Source: Candidatus Segatella albertsiae (lineage in GTDB: Bacteria; Bacteroidota; Bacteroidia; Bacteroidales; Bacteroidaceae). Taken from it: a DNA stretch of 64,000 nt. Below the pieces are notes generated by a model, which had not been told where the DNA came from, ran no database searches, and was given only the letters and a program-made list of their open reading frames with translations. Of the stretch, positions 31,746-41,342 are shown one piece after another. The translations under genes were made by a program, and so were the position numbers. The first letter of the stretch is position 1, and every line of letters starts with the position of its first letter. The DNA is taken from the NCBI GenBank assembly GCA_002451555.1, contig DKCU01000123.1, positions 7 through 64,006 on the forward strand, written 5' to 3'.

Positions 31746-33533
31746 ATGGTTAGTGACTCAACAAAAAGAATACTTGCTAGACGCAATAACATATATCGCA
31801 AGCGCATCCCTTACGGAATGATGAACTTCGTTTCTGTGAGGGAAAGAGATTGTTATTACGTAGATAAGACCGCATTTATAGAAGAAATAGAAAAATCGAA
31901 TATGTATTTCTTCTATATCCGCCCTCGTCGTTTCGGCAAGAGCCTTACCCTCTCCATGCTCAAACAATACTACGATGTGAACATGGCTGACAGATTCGAG
32001 GAACTTTTTGGTGGACTCTACATCGGCGAGAACCCGACACCTGAACACAATACCTATCTCATCATCTCCCTCAACTTTGCTGTCGTAGATGCCAATCTTG
32101 AAAACTACAAGAAGGGATTGGATGCGCATTGCAACACTGAGTTCAATTACTTTTGCGATGTCTATGCCCAGTATCTACCAGCCAACCTCAAGGAAGAGAT
32201 GAACAAGAAGGATGGTGCTGCCGAGCAACTCGACTACCTCTGCAAGGAATGCAAGAAGACAGGACAAAAGGTCTATCTCTTCATCGACGAGTACGACCAT
32301 TTCACCAATACTATCCTCTCCGAGCCAAAATGTCTCGATAGCTACAAGGCTGAGACTCATGGCACAGGTTATCTGCGCAAGTTTTTCGATACAATCAAGT
32401 CAGCTACAGATAGCACCTTGGAACGTGTGTTCGTTACAGGTGTAAGTCCTGTAACCATGGACGACTTGACCAGCGGTTTCAACATCGGTACCAACTATTC
32501 CCTAGAATATGAGTTTAACGAGATGACTGGCTTCACAGAGGAAGAGGTGCGTGACTTGCTCACCTACTATACCGATACCCTGGGCTTGCACAACTATACG
32601 ATAGACGAACTCATCGAGATCATGAAGCCATGGTACGACAACTATTGCTTTGCAGAAGACGCATACGGTGAAACAACCATGTACAACTCAAACATGGTGC
32701 TCTATTTCATAGACCATTACATCAGAAACCGAGGTAAGTTGCCGAAGAATATGATAGAGGAGAACATCCGTCTCGACTACAACAAGCTCCGCATGCTCAT
32801 CCGCAAGGACAAGGAGTTTGCCCACGATGCCTCCATCATCCAGCAACTCGTGCAAAATGGCTTTGTGACAGGAGAGCTAAAGACTGGTTTCCCGGCCGAA
32901 AAGATAGGAGATCCCGACAATTTCGTAAGCCTACTCTACTACTTCGGTATGGTTACCATTGCTGGACAGTATAAAGGCAAGACCAAGTTTGTGATTCCAA
33001 ACCAAGTGGTACGTGAGCAGATATTCCAATATCTACTGGACACCTACAAAGAGAACGACCTACAATACGACTCTTACGAAAAAGGGAACTTAGAAAGTGA
33101 TTTGGCATACGAAGGCAAATGGAAGCCATATTTCCAATACATCGCCGACTGCCTACACAAGTATTCCTCACAGCGCGACCATCAGAAGGGAGAGTATTTC
33201 GTACATGGCTTCACTCTTGCCATGACTTGCGACAACAAGTTCTACCGTCCTATCTCAGAGAAGGATACCCAGGAGGGGTATGCCGACATCTTCCTCCGTC
33301 CACTGATAGAAAGCTATACGGATATGCTGCATTCCTACATCGTGGAACTAAAGTATGCCAAGTCGAAGGACACCGATGCCCATGTGCAGCAACTACGTGA
33401 GGATGCCATCGCCCAAGTAAACCGCTACGCTGAGAGTGAAGTGGTGACATCAGCCATCAAGACCACACAGTTGCACAAGATTATTGTGATATATAAAGGC
33501 ACAGAGATGGTGGTTTGCGAAGAGGTTGATTAA
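31746..33533 (+). CDS. AAA-ATPase-like protein with C-terminal PD-(D/E)XK nuclease domain (second paralog)
   Basis: IPYG, YVDKT, RPRRFGKS, FIDEYD, GYADIF...IVELKY; promoter TTTG-N19-TATCTTTG at 31686-31716. Confidence 0.9.
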   Translation: MVSDSTKRILARRNNIYRKRIPYGMMNFVSVRERDCYYVDKTAFIEEIEKSNMYFFYIRPRRFGKSLTLSMLKQYYDVNMADRFEELFGGLYIGENPTPEHNTYLIISLNFAVVDANLENYKKGLDAHCNTEFNYFCDVYAQYLPANLKEEMNKKDGAAEQLDYLCKECKKTGQKVYLFIDEYDHFTNTILSEPKCLDSYKAETHGTGYLRKFFDTIKSATDSTLERVFVTGVSPVTMDDLTSGFNIGTNYSLEYEFNEMTGFTEEEVRDLLTYYTDTLGLHNYTIDELIEIMKPWYDNYCFAEDAYGETTMYNSNMVLYFIDHYIRNRGKLPKNMIEENIRLDYNKLRMLIRKDKEFAHDASIIQQLVQNGFVTGELKTGFPAEKIGDPDNFVSLLYYFGMVTIAGQYKGKTKFVIPNQVVREQIFQYLLDTYKENDLQYDSYEKGNLESDLAYEGKWKPYFQYIADCLHKYSSQRDHQKGEYFVHGFTLAMTCDNKFYRPISEKDTQEGYADIFLRPLIESYTDMLHSYIVELKYAKSKDTDAHVQQLREDAIAQVNRYAESEVVTSAIKTTQLHKIIVIYKGTEMVVCEEVD

Positions 33534-33552
33534 ATTAATTTTTATAAAATAG

Positions 33553-33596
33553 AAAAGGTCTCAAGGAAAGTGTTATCCTATTCTTGAGACCTTTTT
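33553..33596 (+). terminator. Intrinsic terminator
   Basis: aaaaggtctcaag / cttgagacctttt. Confidence 0.8.
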
Positions 33597-33737
33597 CGGA
33601 AGTATTTACCGCATAAATATCCAATATGCTACTTTTTTCGCATTTTTTCTTACGAAAGTGCATTTATTTCGGCAATTATATGTACCTTTGCAAGTGATAT
33701 ACGATTATTTAAAGACATTTATTGATAATATAGAGAT

Positions 33738-34985
33738 ATGAATCAGGTTATTTCGTTGGATATGTTGCAGTCAACAGGCGTTGGAGCCTTGGCTTTGTTA
33801 TTAGGTATGTTGATGACTCGAAACATCAAATGGCTACAGAAATTCTGTATCCCCTCACCCGTCTCGGGCGGTTTGGTCTTTTCCATCATAACCTTGATAC
33901 TCTACAAAGTGTTCCATATCGAACTCACATTCGATGGAACCCTCAAGGATGTCTTCATGCTCACCTTCTTCACTTCCGTCGGATTCCAGTCCAATCTGAA
34001 AGTACTCAAGCAAGGAGGTCGCACATTGGTCTTGATGCTTTGCCTCTTGGTAGGCATCATCATATTACAGAATGTCATGCCACTGCTCATCACCAAACTC
34101 ATGGATGTCAGTCCACTCATCGGTATGGCGGCTGGTTCTATCTCCATGGCAGGAGGTCACGGCACGGCTGGTGGTTTCGCCTCTGTATTGGAACACCTCG
34201 GATTGCATGGAGCAGGAACGGTATCCATGGCAGCAGCAACTTTCGGACTGATTGCAGGCTCTGTAATAGGCGGTCCTATCGCCGAGAAACTGATTCGTAC
34301 CAAACTTACCTACGAGCACGAGATAGAGAAAGACTTTGAGGTCGATCCTGCCATGGCAGGTATCGAAAGCGACGAGGCGTCACCTGCCGGTCGCGAGAAA
34401 CACCTCAGTAGCCATGAGATCGAGTTCCAACATTACGCCAATGCAAGTTACACCTTACTGGTTGTCATGGCATTGGGCACTGTGATGAGCAAACTCTTAC
34501 AGAGCACAGGCATCACCTTCCCTACCTATTTCGGTGCACTTATCATGGCAGCTATCATCAGAAACTTGATAGAAATGACACCTTGGGCAAAGAAATTGGA
34601 GATGGAGAAGATTGTCAGTTTAGGTAATATTTCCCTATCCGTATTCCTGGGTATGGCAATGATTTCCTTGAAACTTTGGGAACTCCAAAGCCTCGCCTTG
34701 CCACTCATCAGTATTTTGGTTTGCCAGGTCTTGGTCATGATGCTACTCACCTATTTCGTTGCTTTCCGTCTCTTGGGAAGCGATTACGATGCTGCCGTTT
34801 TGGTAGCAGGTATCTGTGGCTTCGGACTTGGCGCAACCCCGAATGCCATGGCCAACATGAGTGCTGTTTGCTATAAATATCACTACAGCGTGAAGCCATT
34901 CCTGATTGTACCTATCATCGGAGCGATGTTTGTTGATCTCATTAACACGGGTATCATCACAACATTCTTGAACTGGATAGGATAA
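33738..34985 (+). CDS. gltS: Sodium/glutamate symporter
   Basis: IPSPVSGG, GGHGT re-entrant motif, GLGATPNA. Confidence 0.93.
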   Translation: MNQVISLDMLQSTGVGALALLLGMLMTRNIKWLQKFCIPSPVSGGLVFSIITLILYKVFHIELTFDGTLKDVFMLTFFTSVGFQSNLKVLKQGGRTLVLMLCLLVGIIILQNVMPLLITKLMDVSPLIGMAAGSISMAGGHGTAGGFASVLEHLGLHGAGTVSMAAATFGLIAGSVIGGPIAEKLIRTKLTYEHEIEKDFEVDPAMAGIESDEASPAGREKHLSSHEIEFQHYANASYTLLVVMALGTVMSKLLQSTGITFPTYFGALIMAAIIRNLIEMTPWAKKLEMEKIVSLGNISLSVFLGMAMISLKLWELQSLALPLISILVCQVLVMMLLTYFVAFRLLGSDYDAAVLVAGICGFGLGATPNAMANMSAVCYKYHYSVKPFLIVPIIGAMFVDLINTGIITTFLNWIG

Positions 34986-35032
34986 ACAAGAGCTTTCTCA
35001 AACATCATAAAAAATGTCCTTAAACATCATAA

Positions 35033-35074
35033 ATAATCCCCAAGACTTATCTAGCATAAATCTTGGGGATTATT
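35033..35074. terminator. Stem-loop between convergent gltS and MFS remnant
   Basis: aataatccccaaga / tcttggggattatt. Confidence 0.7.
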
Positions 35075-35274
35075 CATATTCTCTTCCCGACTTTTCCTGC
35101 AATGAAAGCAATGAAGAGTCCGAAGCAAGCGGCGATGCTGATGGCAATGCGAAGATTCGTAGCCTCGGAAAGCCAACCGATGATAGGAGGTCCTACCAAG
35201 AAACCAAAGAAACTGATGCTCGAAACTATCGTGATGGCAATGCTCGCCTTCACCGATGCTATGGGAGCAGACAA
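35074..35274 (-). pseudogene. C-terminal fragment of an MFS transporter
   Basis: SSISFFGFLVGPPIIGWLSEATNLR is a typical MFS TM11-12 motif; nothing upstream continues it. Confidence 0.7.
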
Positions 35275-35335
35275 TGGGGATATATATTTCTAAGAAGGGC
35301 GAGGTAGAAGAATCTACATCACGAGGTAGGCAACT

Positions 35336-35418
35336 CTGTCTGCCCACATAAGGCATACTGTCCAGCGAGGACAGGCAGCCTGTCTAACCGAGACAGGGAA
35401 ACTGTCCTCGCTGGACAG
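35336..35418. repeat. Short palindromic units at 22-bp period (ctgtc-N7-gacag)
   Basis: ctgtc at 35336, 35358, 35380, 35402; units at 35358-35374 and 35402-35418 are perfect reverse complements. Confidence 0.75.
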
Positions 35419-35508
35419 CGACAAGAAGTTCTCTATGTCAATTACAGGAAGCTTCCATGTATATTTCTAGACCTCGGGACGGCTTTCTACATCACCCAAT
35501 TATCACTT

Positions 35509-35740
35509 TAGACCGCACACCGCACAAGAGCACGCATAACTACCTGTATTACAAAGCATTAAACCATGTGCGGTGTTTACGTCAGACTGCACTCACACCG
35601 CACAAGACCGCACATCTTTCCGAGCCCCAAAAAGCGAGTGCTGTTAGCGTGCGGTCTTCGTGCGGAGATAGAGTTAGACCGCACTCCATAAGCCACTCAT
35701 TTACTGCAAGTTATAATACATCCGTGCGGAGTGCGGTCTA
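35509..35740. repeat. 232-bp nested palindromic element (MITE/BIME-like)
   Basis: Terminal IR tagaccgcacaccgcac / gtgcggagtgcggtcta (16/17); internal IR ccgcacaagaccgcac / gtgcggtcttcgtgcgg. Confidence 0.7.
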
Positions 35741-35750
35741 TAAAAGCAAG

Positions 35751-35782
35751 AAACCCTGCAAGTCTTACGATTTGCAGGGTTT
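35751..35782 (-). terminator. Terminator downstream of tRNA-His pair
   Basis: aaaccctgcaa / ttgcagggttt stem. Confidence 0.75.
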
Positions 35783-35788
35783 ATCTTG

Positions 35789-35863
35789 GGTGGAAGGTGG
35801 GACTCGAACCCACGACATTCAGAACCACAATCTGACGCTCTAACCAACTGAACTACGTCCACC
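35789..35863 (-). tRNA. tRNA-His (GTG)
   Basis: Cloverleaf GGTGGACGTAGTTCAGTTGGTTAGAGCGTCAGATTGTGGTTCTGAATGTCGTGGGTTCGAGTCCCACCTTCCACC with G-1; CCA not encoded. Confidence 0.96.
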
Positions 35864-35906
35864 ATGTTAGCTTATTTACTCATTGCCATTTTGTATCTCA
35901 GTGATG

Positions 35907-35981
35907 GGTGGAAGGTGGGACTCGAACCCACGACATTCAGAACCACAATCTGACGCTCTAACCAACTGAACTACGTCCACC
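35907..35981 (-). tRNA. tRNA-His (GTG), identical second copy
   Basis: Same sequence as 35789-35863. Confidence 0.96.
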
Positions 35982-36019
35982 ATATTAGATACTTAATAGA
36001 CAATTTCTTTAAGCGAGTG

Positions 36020-36051
36020 CAAAGGTACGGAAAATATCTGGTTTGACCAAA
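36020..36051 (-). promoter_or_regulatory. Promoter of tRNA-His pair
   Basis: Minus strand TTTG-N20-TACCTTTG. Confidence 0.75.
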
Positions 36052-36077
36052 TATTTTCCATACTTTTTTCAAAAAAA

Positions 36078-36506
36078 TTATTTTGCAGGGCTTGCAGGAA
36101 CTACAGGAGCCGCTTTCTGAGCATCTGCACCCTGTGTAGCAGGAGCTGATGTCTGTTGATTAGCTCCTTGAGTAGCAGGAGCCGACTTCTGATTGCCAGC
36201 AGCATTGGTGGCGCCTGGCATGGCAGGAAGTGCAGTCTGCTCTGTAGTAGCAGAATTTTCCATTACACTGCTCTCGCCAGTTGCCTGAGGAGCAACATAA
36301 GCGCAAGCGACACTGATAACGACCATTGCTACAGCAAGGCCCCATGTCAATTTTTCCACAACATCGGTGGTCTTACGAACACCCATGATGGCATTTGACG
36401 AAGAGAAGTTGGATGCAAGACCACCTCCCTTTGATTCCTGAATGAGCACGATGAAAATCATCAAAAGTGCCACCAAGACGATTAATACTACAAATAATGT
36501 GTACAT
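36078..36506 (-). CDS. secG: Preprotein translocase subunit SecG
   Basis: VLIQESKGGGL, two TMs, EKLTW, low-complexity C-tail. Confidence 0.93.
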   Translation of the reverse strand: MYTLFVVLIVLVALLMIFIVLIQESKGGGLASNFSSSNAIMGVRKTTDVVEKLTWGLAVAMVVISVACAYVAPQATGESSVMENSATTEQTALPAMPGATNAAGNQKSAPATQGANQQTSAPATQGADAQKAAPVVPASPAK

Positions 36507-36561
36507 TTTTTAAAACTAGTTTTATTTATTATTATTTCTTATTCGACTTATGAATCCCAAT

Positions 36562-37314
36562 CTATTGTTGATTGTTTCTAATCAATTTCTCCAAGAATCG
36601 CATCTGATCTCCATAGTAGGCACTCTTACCAGGATGCTTGGCATACAAACGTCTGATAATATCGAGCGCACGCTCATACTTGCCTTGCTTGATATAGATA
36701 CGAGCCAAAGTCTCGGTAAAGACACCTCCATTTTCGGTCTGTTCTTCCTCCTTTTCTATCTGAGGTTTGAACTTCGGTTGATAATCAGCAGAGGAATCCA
36801 TCTTTGGCAACTTGAAGCCTCCATCCTCGATGAAATCATCTATCAAAGAGATGGTACGAGAAGGTTTTTCTTCTTCCTCCTCTCCTTCTGTCTCCAAAAG
36901 ATAGGCGACATAGTCAACTGCAGCGTCGGCTGGTGTCGGCTTACGTTTTTCCTTTTTCTTGTTATCTTCCTCATCAGCAGGTATCGAATCCAAGAAACTA
37001 TCTATCAGCGAGGAGGTTCTGTCTTCACTTGGAGTCTTGTTCTCCGACACATCCTTCGCTGCAAGTTCCTGTTCCTTCTTGAGTTGGTAGTGAGCCGCCT
37101 CAACCATCTGGAATATGACCTTGCGATCGGTAATGTAAATGGCTGCACGACGAAGTTCTTCATCGAAGCTGGCATCATGAAGCAAATACAGGTTCTGCAA
37201 CATCAGCAAACGAGCCGTCTGGTAGTACGGATAGAGTGCTAACAGCTCTCGAAGATCATAAAGAGTCTCTTTATTCATCTCCTCTGGATGTTGTATTAAC
37301 CTAGTCAGTTCCAC
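36562..37314 (-). CDS. TPR-repeat protein
   Basis: YPYYQTARLL; FTETLARIYIKQGKY...YYGDQMRFL. Confidence 0.75.
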   Translation of the reverse strand: MELTRLIQHPEEMNKETLYDLRELLALYPYYQTARLLMLQNLYLLHDASFDEELRRAAIYITDRKVIFQMVEAAHYQLKKEQELAAKDVSENKTPSEDRTSSLIDSFLDSIPADEEDNKKKEKRKPTPADAAVDYVAYLLETEGEEEEEKPSRTISLIDDFIEDGGFKLPKMDSSADYQPKFKPQIEKEEEQTENGGVFTETLARIYIKQGKYERALDIIRRLYAKHPGKSAYYGDQMRFLEKLIRNNQQ

Positions 37315-37326
37315 GATTATTTCTTA

Positions 37327-37368
37327 ACTTTTTACTTTTATACCTTTTTACTTTTTTACCTTTCAAAG
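37327..37368. repeat. (TTTTTACY)n-like short tandem repeat
   Basis: acttttt actttt atacc tttttac tttttta cctttcaaag. Confidence 0.75.
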
Positions 37369-37370
37369 CT

Positions 37371-37892
37371 TTACCAATTGGCAACCGTTGCATTGAATAT
37401 CTGCTCCACCAAATCCTTCACCATCTGGTTGACGAGTTCTTCCTGAACAGAAGCCAAACTTTGCGTGGTCTCATAACTCTTGGAAGAAGTAAACTGCCGC
37501 TCAAAGTCTTCGTTGTGATTCACATTGTTGGTAAATCTCACGTTGACAGTGATAGACAACTCCGTCTGAGCGGAATAACCTTCACTAGATACACTCTTGT
37601 TACGCTGGCTATACTGGGTAATCTCACCCTCTATCTTCAAGTCACCATTACGTTTCACCTGCTGCAAGCGAGTATGATTGGCGAACTCATCCTTCAAGGC
37701 ATTGTTGAACATAGGTCCCATTGGTCCCCAAACGTATGTACTACGGATAGGAAACTCGGCGATTTGAATCGTCTTGGTCTTGGTATAGTCGATGCTTGCG
37801 CCATTGAACTTATAGCTCACCGAGCAAGCTGCAAAAATGCCCATCATCAAGACGACACCTATTATATATATATGATTGCGAAAGCACTTCAT
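37371..37892 (-). CDS. lptE: LptE family lipoprotein
   Basis: Lipobox FAAC, YKFNGASIDY, C-terminal IFNATVANW. Confidence 0.85.
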   Translation of the reverse strand: MKCFRNHIYIIGVVLMMGIFAACSVSYKFNGASIDYTKTKTIQIAEFPIRSTYVWGPMGPMFNNALKDEFANHTRLQQVKRNGDLKIEGEITQYSQRNKSVSSEGYSAQTELSITVNVRFTNNVNHNEDFERQFTSSKSYETTQSLASVQEELVNQMVKDLVEQIFNATVANW

Positions 37893-37922
37893 TATTCTGC
37901 TACCTATTATTCAATTACTTTG

Positions 37923-39194
37923 TTAGTCTTTGTCCTCGTCCTCATCGCTATTGCCAAGTCCGTACTGTTTGATGCGACGATAGAGGGTTCTGTCCGAAAT
38001 GCCCAATTCCTGAGCAGCTTTCTTTCGATTACCATTGTTACGTTCCAATGCTTTCTCTATCATCTGACGTCCCAAGTCACTCAGATTCAGAGTCTCCGGC
38101 TCATTGATTTCCTCAGCTACGGCATCCTCCGCCTCATGCGGATGAATGACCTGCGGGTTTCCCACTGTTGCCGGATACCCCACTGGCTCAACAGGCGAAA
38201 TCGGCTTCGGACTTGTGAAGCCAGACGCACCACTCAGTTGCCTAGCCTCATCCAATTGCTTTCTGAGAGAAGTAACATCTCTCCTCAAATCGCTCACATT
38301 GCCCCTCAGTTCATAAAGAATCTTGTAAAGCAACTCCCTCTCACTCTCGTAGCTATGACTACCGCCCGACTGGTTAGGAATGGTAGCCAACTGCGTGGAT
38401 TCCTCGTCTTGCGGAATATACTTGAGCAAAGTCTGGGAAGTTATCTCACGTTCCTCACTGAGCACAGACATCTGTTCCGTGATATTCTTAAGCTGCCTCA
38501 CATTGCCCGGCCACTTATACTTCAGCATGATGAGTTTGGCATCATCGCTCAACGTAATCTTAGGCAAGCGATACTTCTCTGCCATCTGCATGGCAAAGAG
38601 GCGGAAAAGCAACAAGATATCATTGCCACGCTCACGAAGAGGAGGCATTTGGATAGGGATTGTATTCAGACGATAATACAAATCCTCACGAAAACGTCCC
38701 TCGCTGACAGCCTTGCGCATGTTGACATTCGTAGCCGCAACAATTCTCACGTCCGTTTTACGCACTTCCTGCCCACCTACACGGATGTACTCGCCTGTCT
38801 CCAAGACACGAAGCAACCGAGCTTGCGTCTGAATAGGGAGTTCTCCGACCTCATCGAGGAAAATCGTACCCTTATTGGCTATTCCGAAATATCCCTCGCT
38901 CTCTCCGATGGCACCCGTGAAGGAGCCCTTCTCATGTCCGAAAAGCTCACTATCAATAGTTCCCTCCGGAATACTGCCGCAGTTGATGGCAAAATACTTT
39001 TCCCTACGCCGTGGCGAATGATCATGGATGACACGAGGAATGATTTCCTTGCCGACACCAGACTCACCTATGATAAGCACAGAAAGATCGGTCGGTGCCA
39101 CCTGCAAGGCAACATCGAGCGCATGGTTCAATCCGTCGCTGTTGCCGACGATATTGTACCTTTGTTTTATCTTCTGAAGTTCACTTATGTCCAT
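37923..39194 (-). CDS. Sigma-54-interacting AAA+ Fis-family transcriptional regulator
   Basis: GESGVGKE, GSFTGA loop, FLDEVGE, WPGNVRQL, C-terminal HTH. Confidence 0.92.
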   Translation of the reverse strand: MDISELQKIKQRYNIVGNSDGLNHALDVALQVAPTDLSVLIIGESGVGKEIIPRVIHDHSPRRREKYFAINCGSIPEGTIDSELFGHEKGSFTGAIGESEGYFGIANKGTIFLDEVGELPIQTQARLLRVLETGEYIRVGGQEVRKTDVRIVAATNVNMRKAVSEGRFREDLYYRLNTIPIQMPPLRERGNDILLLFRLFAMQMAEKYRLPKITLSDDAKLIMLKYKWPGNVRQLKNITEQMSVLSEEREITSQTLLKYIPQDEESTQLATIPNQSGGSHSYESERELLYKILYELRGNVSDLRRDVTSLRKQLDEARQLSGASGFTSPKPISPVEPVGYPATVGNPQVIHPHEAEDAVAEEINEPETLNLSDLGRQMIEKALERNNGNRKKAAQELGISDRTLYRRIKQYGLGNSDEDEDKD

Positions 39195-39259
39195 TTAGCT
39201 GACAAAATTACGTATTTTTTTTGAATAAACTGCAAAAATGGCACAAAATAGTCTATTTT

Positions 39260-40393
39260 TTAACTTTTCACCTCTGTATTTGGAGTAAATGGGGCATTAG
39301 AGTGCTTCTTTGGGATAGAAAAACGCACTTTCTCACTCTCATCACGTTTCTCATGATAGAGCTTTGGAAGAGGGTTCTCCACTGCCTCATCGTAATCTTG
39401 ACGGCAACGGATAGCATCGACGGCAAGGAAGATGGCATGACGGAAGGAAGTTTCATCAGCTTCGCCCATACCTGCGATGCTAAAGTTTGGAGTTACATCG
39501 GCCGCAGTACGGATGATTGGCAAGCCCGCTGTATAAATAACGCCGTCTTCCGTATAGAGAGAATGGAATGGCGTAGTCGCCTGGTCGTGATACATGGCCA
39601 TGACGCCATCAAACTCAGAAAAATATCCTTTTCCGAAAAACTCATCTGTTGCGTAAGGTCCGAACGCCTGGACACCATTTTCTGCCAAGGCATCGACTGC
39701 AGGAATGATGATTTCACGTTCCTCCGTACCGCAACTACTATCCTCATTGCTCTTAGGATTGAGAGAGAGTACGGCGATGCGAGGATTGGTGATCATGAAA
39801 TCTCGCTTCAAGGTCTGCTGCATGAGCGTCACCTTCTCGATGATAGCTTCCGTAGTGATGGAGGAAGCAACATCCTTCAATGGAGTTTTCTCAGTAACCG
39901 AAGCGATGCGCAAGTCACCGCCCACCAAGATGGACAAGCCTTTCTTGCCTTCCCCAAGGCAAGTCTCAATATACTTCTTATGCCCTTGGAACGGATAGTT
40001 CTCAATCTGTGCGTTAGAATTGTTTATTGGTGCAGTCACCAACACATCGTAGAGTCCATTGCGATAATCGGTCATCGCACGGTCGAGAGCTTTCACTGCT
40101 GCCTTGCCAGACTCCTCCGTTGGCATTCCCATATCCACCTTCACTTCCTCCTCTACGGCTGCCAAGAGATTGATTCTACCATCCACGGCATCTTCTGCCT
40201 TCTGGATGATGGAGAACTGACCTGGCAGATTCATCGCCTTACGATAATAAGCTGCCACCTTAGGCGACCCATAGATGATAGGTGTGCAGAGATCCAACAT
40301 TTCTGGTTCTGCAAAAGACTTAAAAATGAGTTCATATCCGATACCATTGGTATCTCCGTGGGTGATAGCCACCCTTACTTTCTGATTTTCCAT
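39260..40393 (-). CDS. pdxA: 4-hydroxythreonine-4-phosphate dehydrogenase PdxA family
   Basis: GDTNGIGYE, VTAPIN, AMYHDQ, GLPIIRT. Confidence 0.88.
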   Translation of the reverse strand: MENQKVRVAITHGDTNGIGYELIFKSFAEPEMLDLCTPIIYGSPKVAAYYRKAMNLPGQFSIIQKAEDAVDGRINLLAAVEEEVKVDMGMPTEESGKAAVKALDRAMTDYRNGLYDVLVTAPINNSNAQIENYPFQGHKKYIETCLGEGKKGLSILVGGDLRIASVTEKTPLKDVASSITTEAIIEKVTLMQQTLKRDFMITNPRIAVLSLNPKSNEDSSCGTEEREIIIPAVDALAENGVQAFGPYATDEFFGKGYFSEFDGVMAMYHDQATTPFHSLYTEDGVIYTAGLPIIRTAADVTPNFSIAGMGEADETSFRHAIFLAVDAIRCRQDYDEAVENPLPKLYHEKRDESEKVRFSIPKKHSNAPFTPNTEVKS

Positions 40394-40442
40394 CTTATAT
40401 GATATAATAATGTATATATGTATTTAATAATTGTCAGCACTA

Positions 40443-41336
40443 CTATTTTATTGTTGTCAGCACCGCCTCCAACTGTTTGATTAAATTTCTTTTCTTCATT
40501 TCTGGAGCATAGACAAAGCCCATGACAACGAGTCGTTCTTTTCCACGAGGAACGAATTTCATGACGTATGGTCCCCCCATGGCATCGCCTTTCATCTCCC
40601 AAAGTCCTCGTAAGGAATTTCTCAGAGTTTTATTGTACGAGACACTGGCGAGTTGCATATACATGGCGTCAGTTTCGCCCACCATATTCACCTTCAACAC
40701 ACTGTCTATGGCCACCTTATTCGAAGCTTTGAACACAAGCAAACTCTGCATACCCGTATTGGCATTGTTGGATAGCCAAAGGAAATCCTTGCCTTGTTTA
40801 CTAGACTGCATATCGAATGGTATCTTCATATTGATGCCGAAGAGTCGCTTCACCTTCTTCTGCTTATCAACATTAGGTTTGATGATGGAAGCCAAGTGCT
40901 TGAGCTCTGACTCATCCAGCATCTCACATAGTTTCTCGCCATCCAATCGGCTTTTCAGTTGTTCCATCGTCTGCGCCTTGATTCGAACAACGAGCTGAGG
41001 TGATACCTCTATATTTTTAGAGACTCTTACTTCATAACCAGCATTGCGACCATCAACATCCACAATGATGCGATTGCGTATCGACCGATACAAACTTCCG
41101 CCCTTTCCTTTTCTGATGCGAATGACCTGGAACCGAGGCTCTTCCTGTGGGAGGCCAGGTACATTAGCCAACAGCACTTTCGTGACAACACTGTCGGTAT
41201 CCCCCTCCAGCACCACCTCGAAAGGTTGACCTGTGCTAGCAGGCAAGCCATTATTTCTTCCATCCTTGCAACTTGTAAAGAATAGCAAGACTAGAGAAAC
41301 AAGCCAAATCATGCAAAGGAAGCTTCTTCTTGCCAT
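40443..41336 (-). CDS. DUF4837 family lipoprotein
   Basis: Lipobox FTSC, STGQPFEV, GLPQEEP, RGLWEMKGDAMGGP. Confidence 0.8.
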   Translation of the reverse strand: MARRSFLCMIWLVSLVLLFFTSCKDGRNNGLPASTGQPFEVVLEGDTDSVVTKVLLANVPGLPQEEPRFQVIRIRKGKGGSLYRSIRNRIIVDVDGRNAGYEVRVSKNIEVSPQLVVRIKAQTMEQLKSRLDGEKLCEMLDESELKHLASIIKPNVDKQKKVKRLFGINMKIPFDMQSSKQGKDFLWLSNNANTGMQSLLVFKASNKVAIDSVLKVNMVGETDAMYMQLASVSYNKTLRNSLRGLWEMKGDAMGGPYVMKFVPRGKERLVVMGFVYAPEMKKRNLIKQLEAVLTTIK

Positions 41337-41342
41337 AATTTT

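Noticed and set aside
35300..35790. Possible CRISPR array
   Set aside because: No constant repeat with unique 30-40 nt spacers; no cas genes in the window
35457..35843. 128-aa ORF across the palindromic element
   Set aside because: Translation of repeat DNA running antisense into a tRNA
35789..35981. Duplicate tRNA-His as attL/attR of an integrated element
   Set aside because: Both copies are full length, 43 nt apart, under one promoter; no integrase or cargo between them
37461..39224. 587-aa plus-strand ORF and other long antisense ORFs (e.g. 39221-40402, 50014-51294, 53128-54228, 25317-26339, 15455-16468)
   Set aside because: Shadow frames opposite well-supported genes, caused by codon bias; no recognisable motifs
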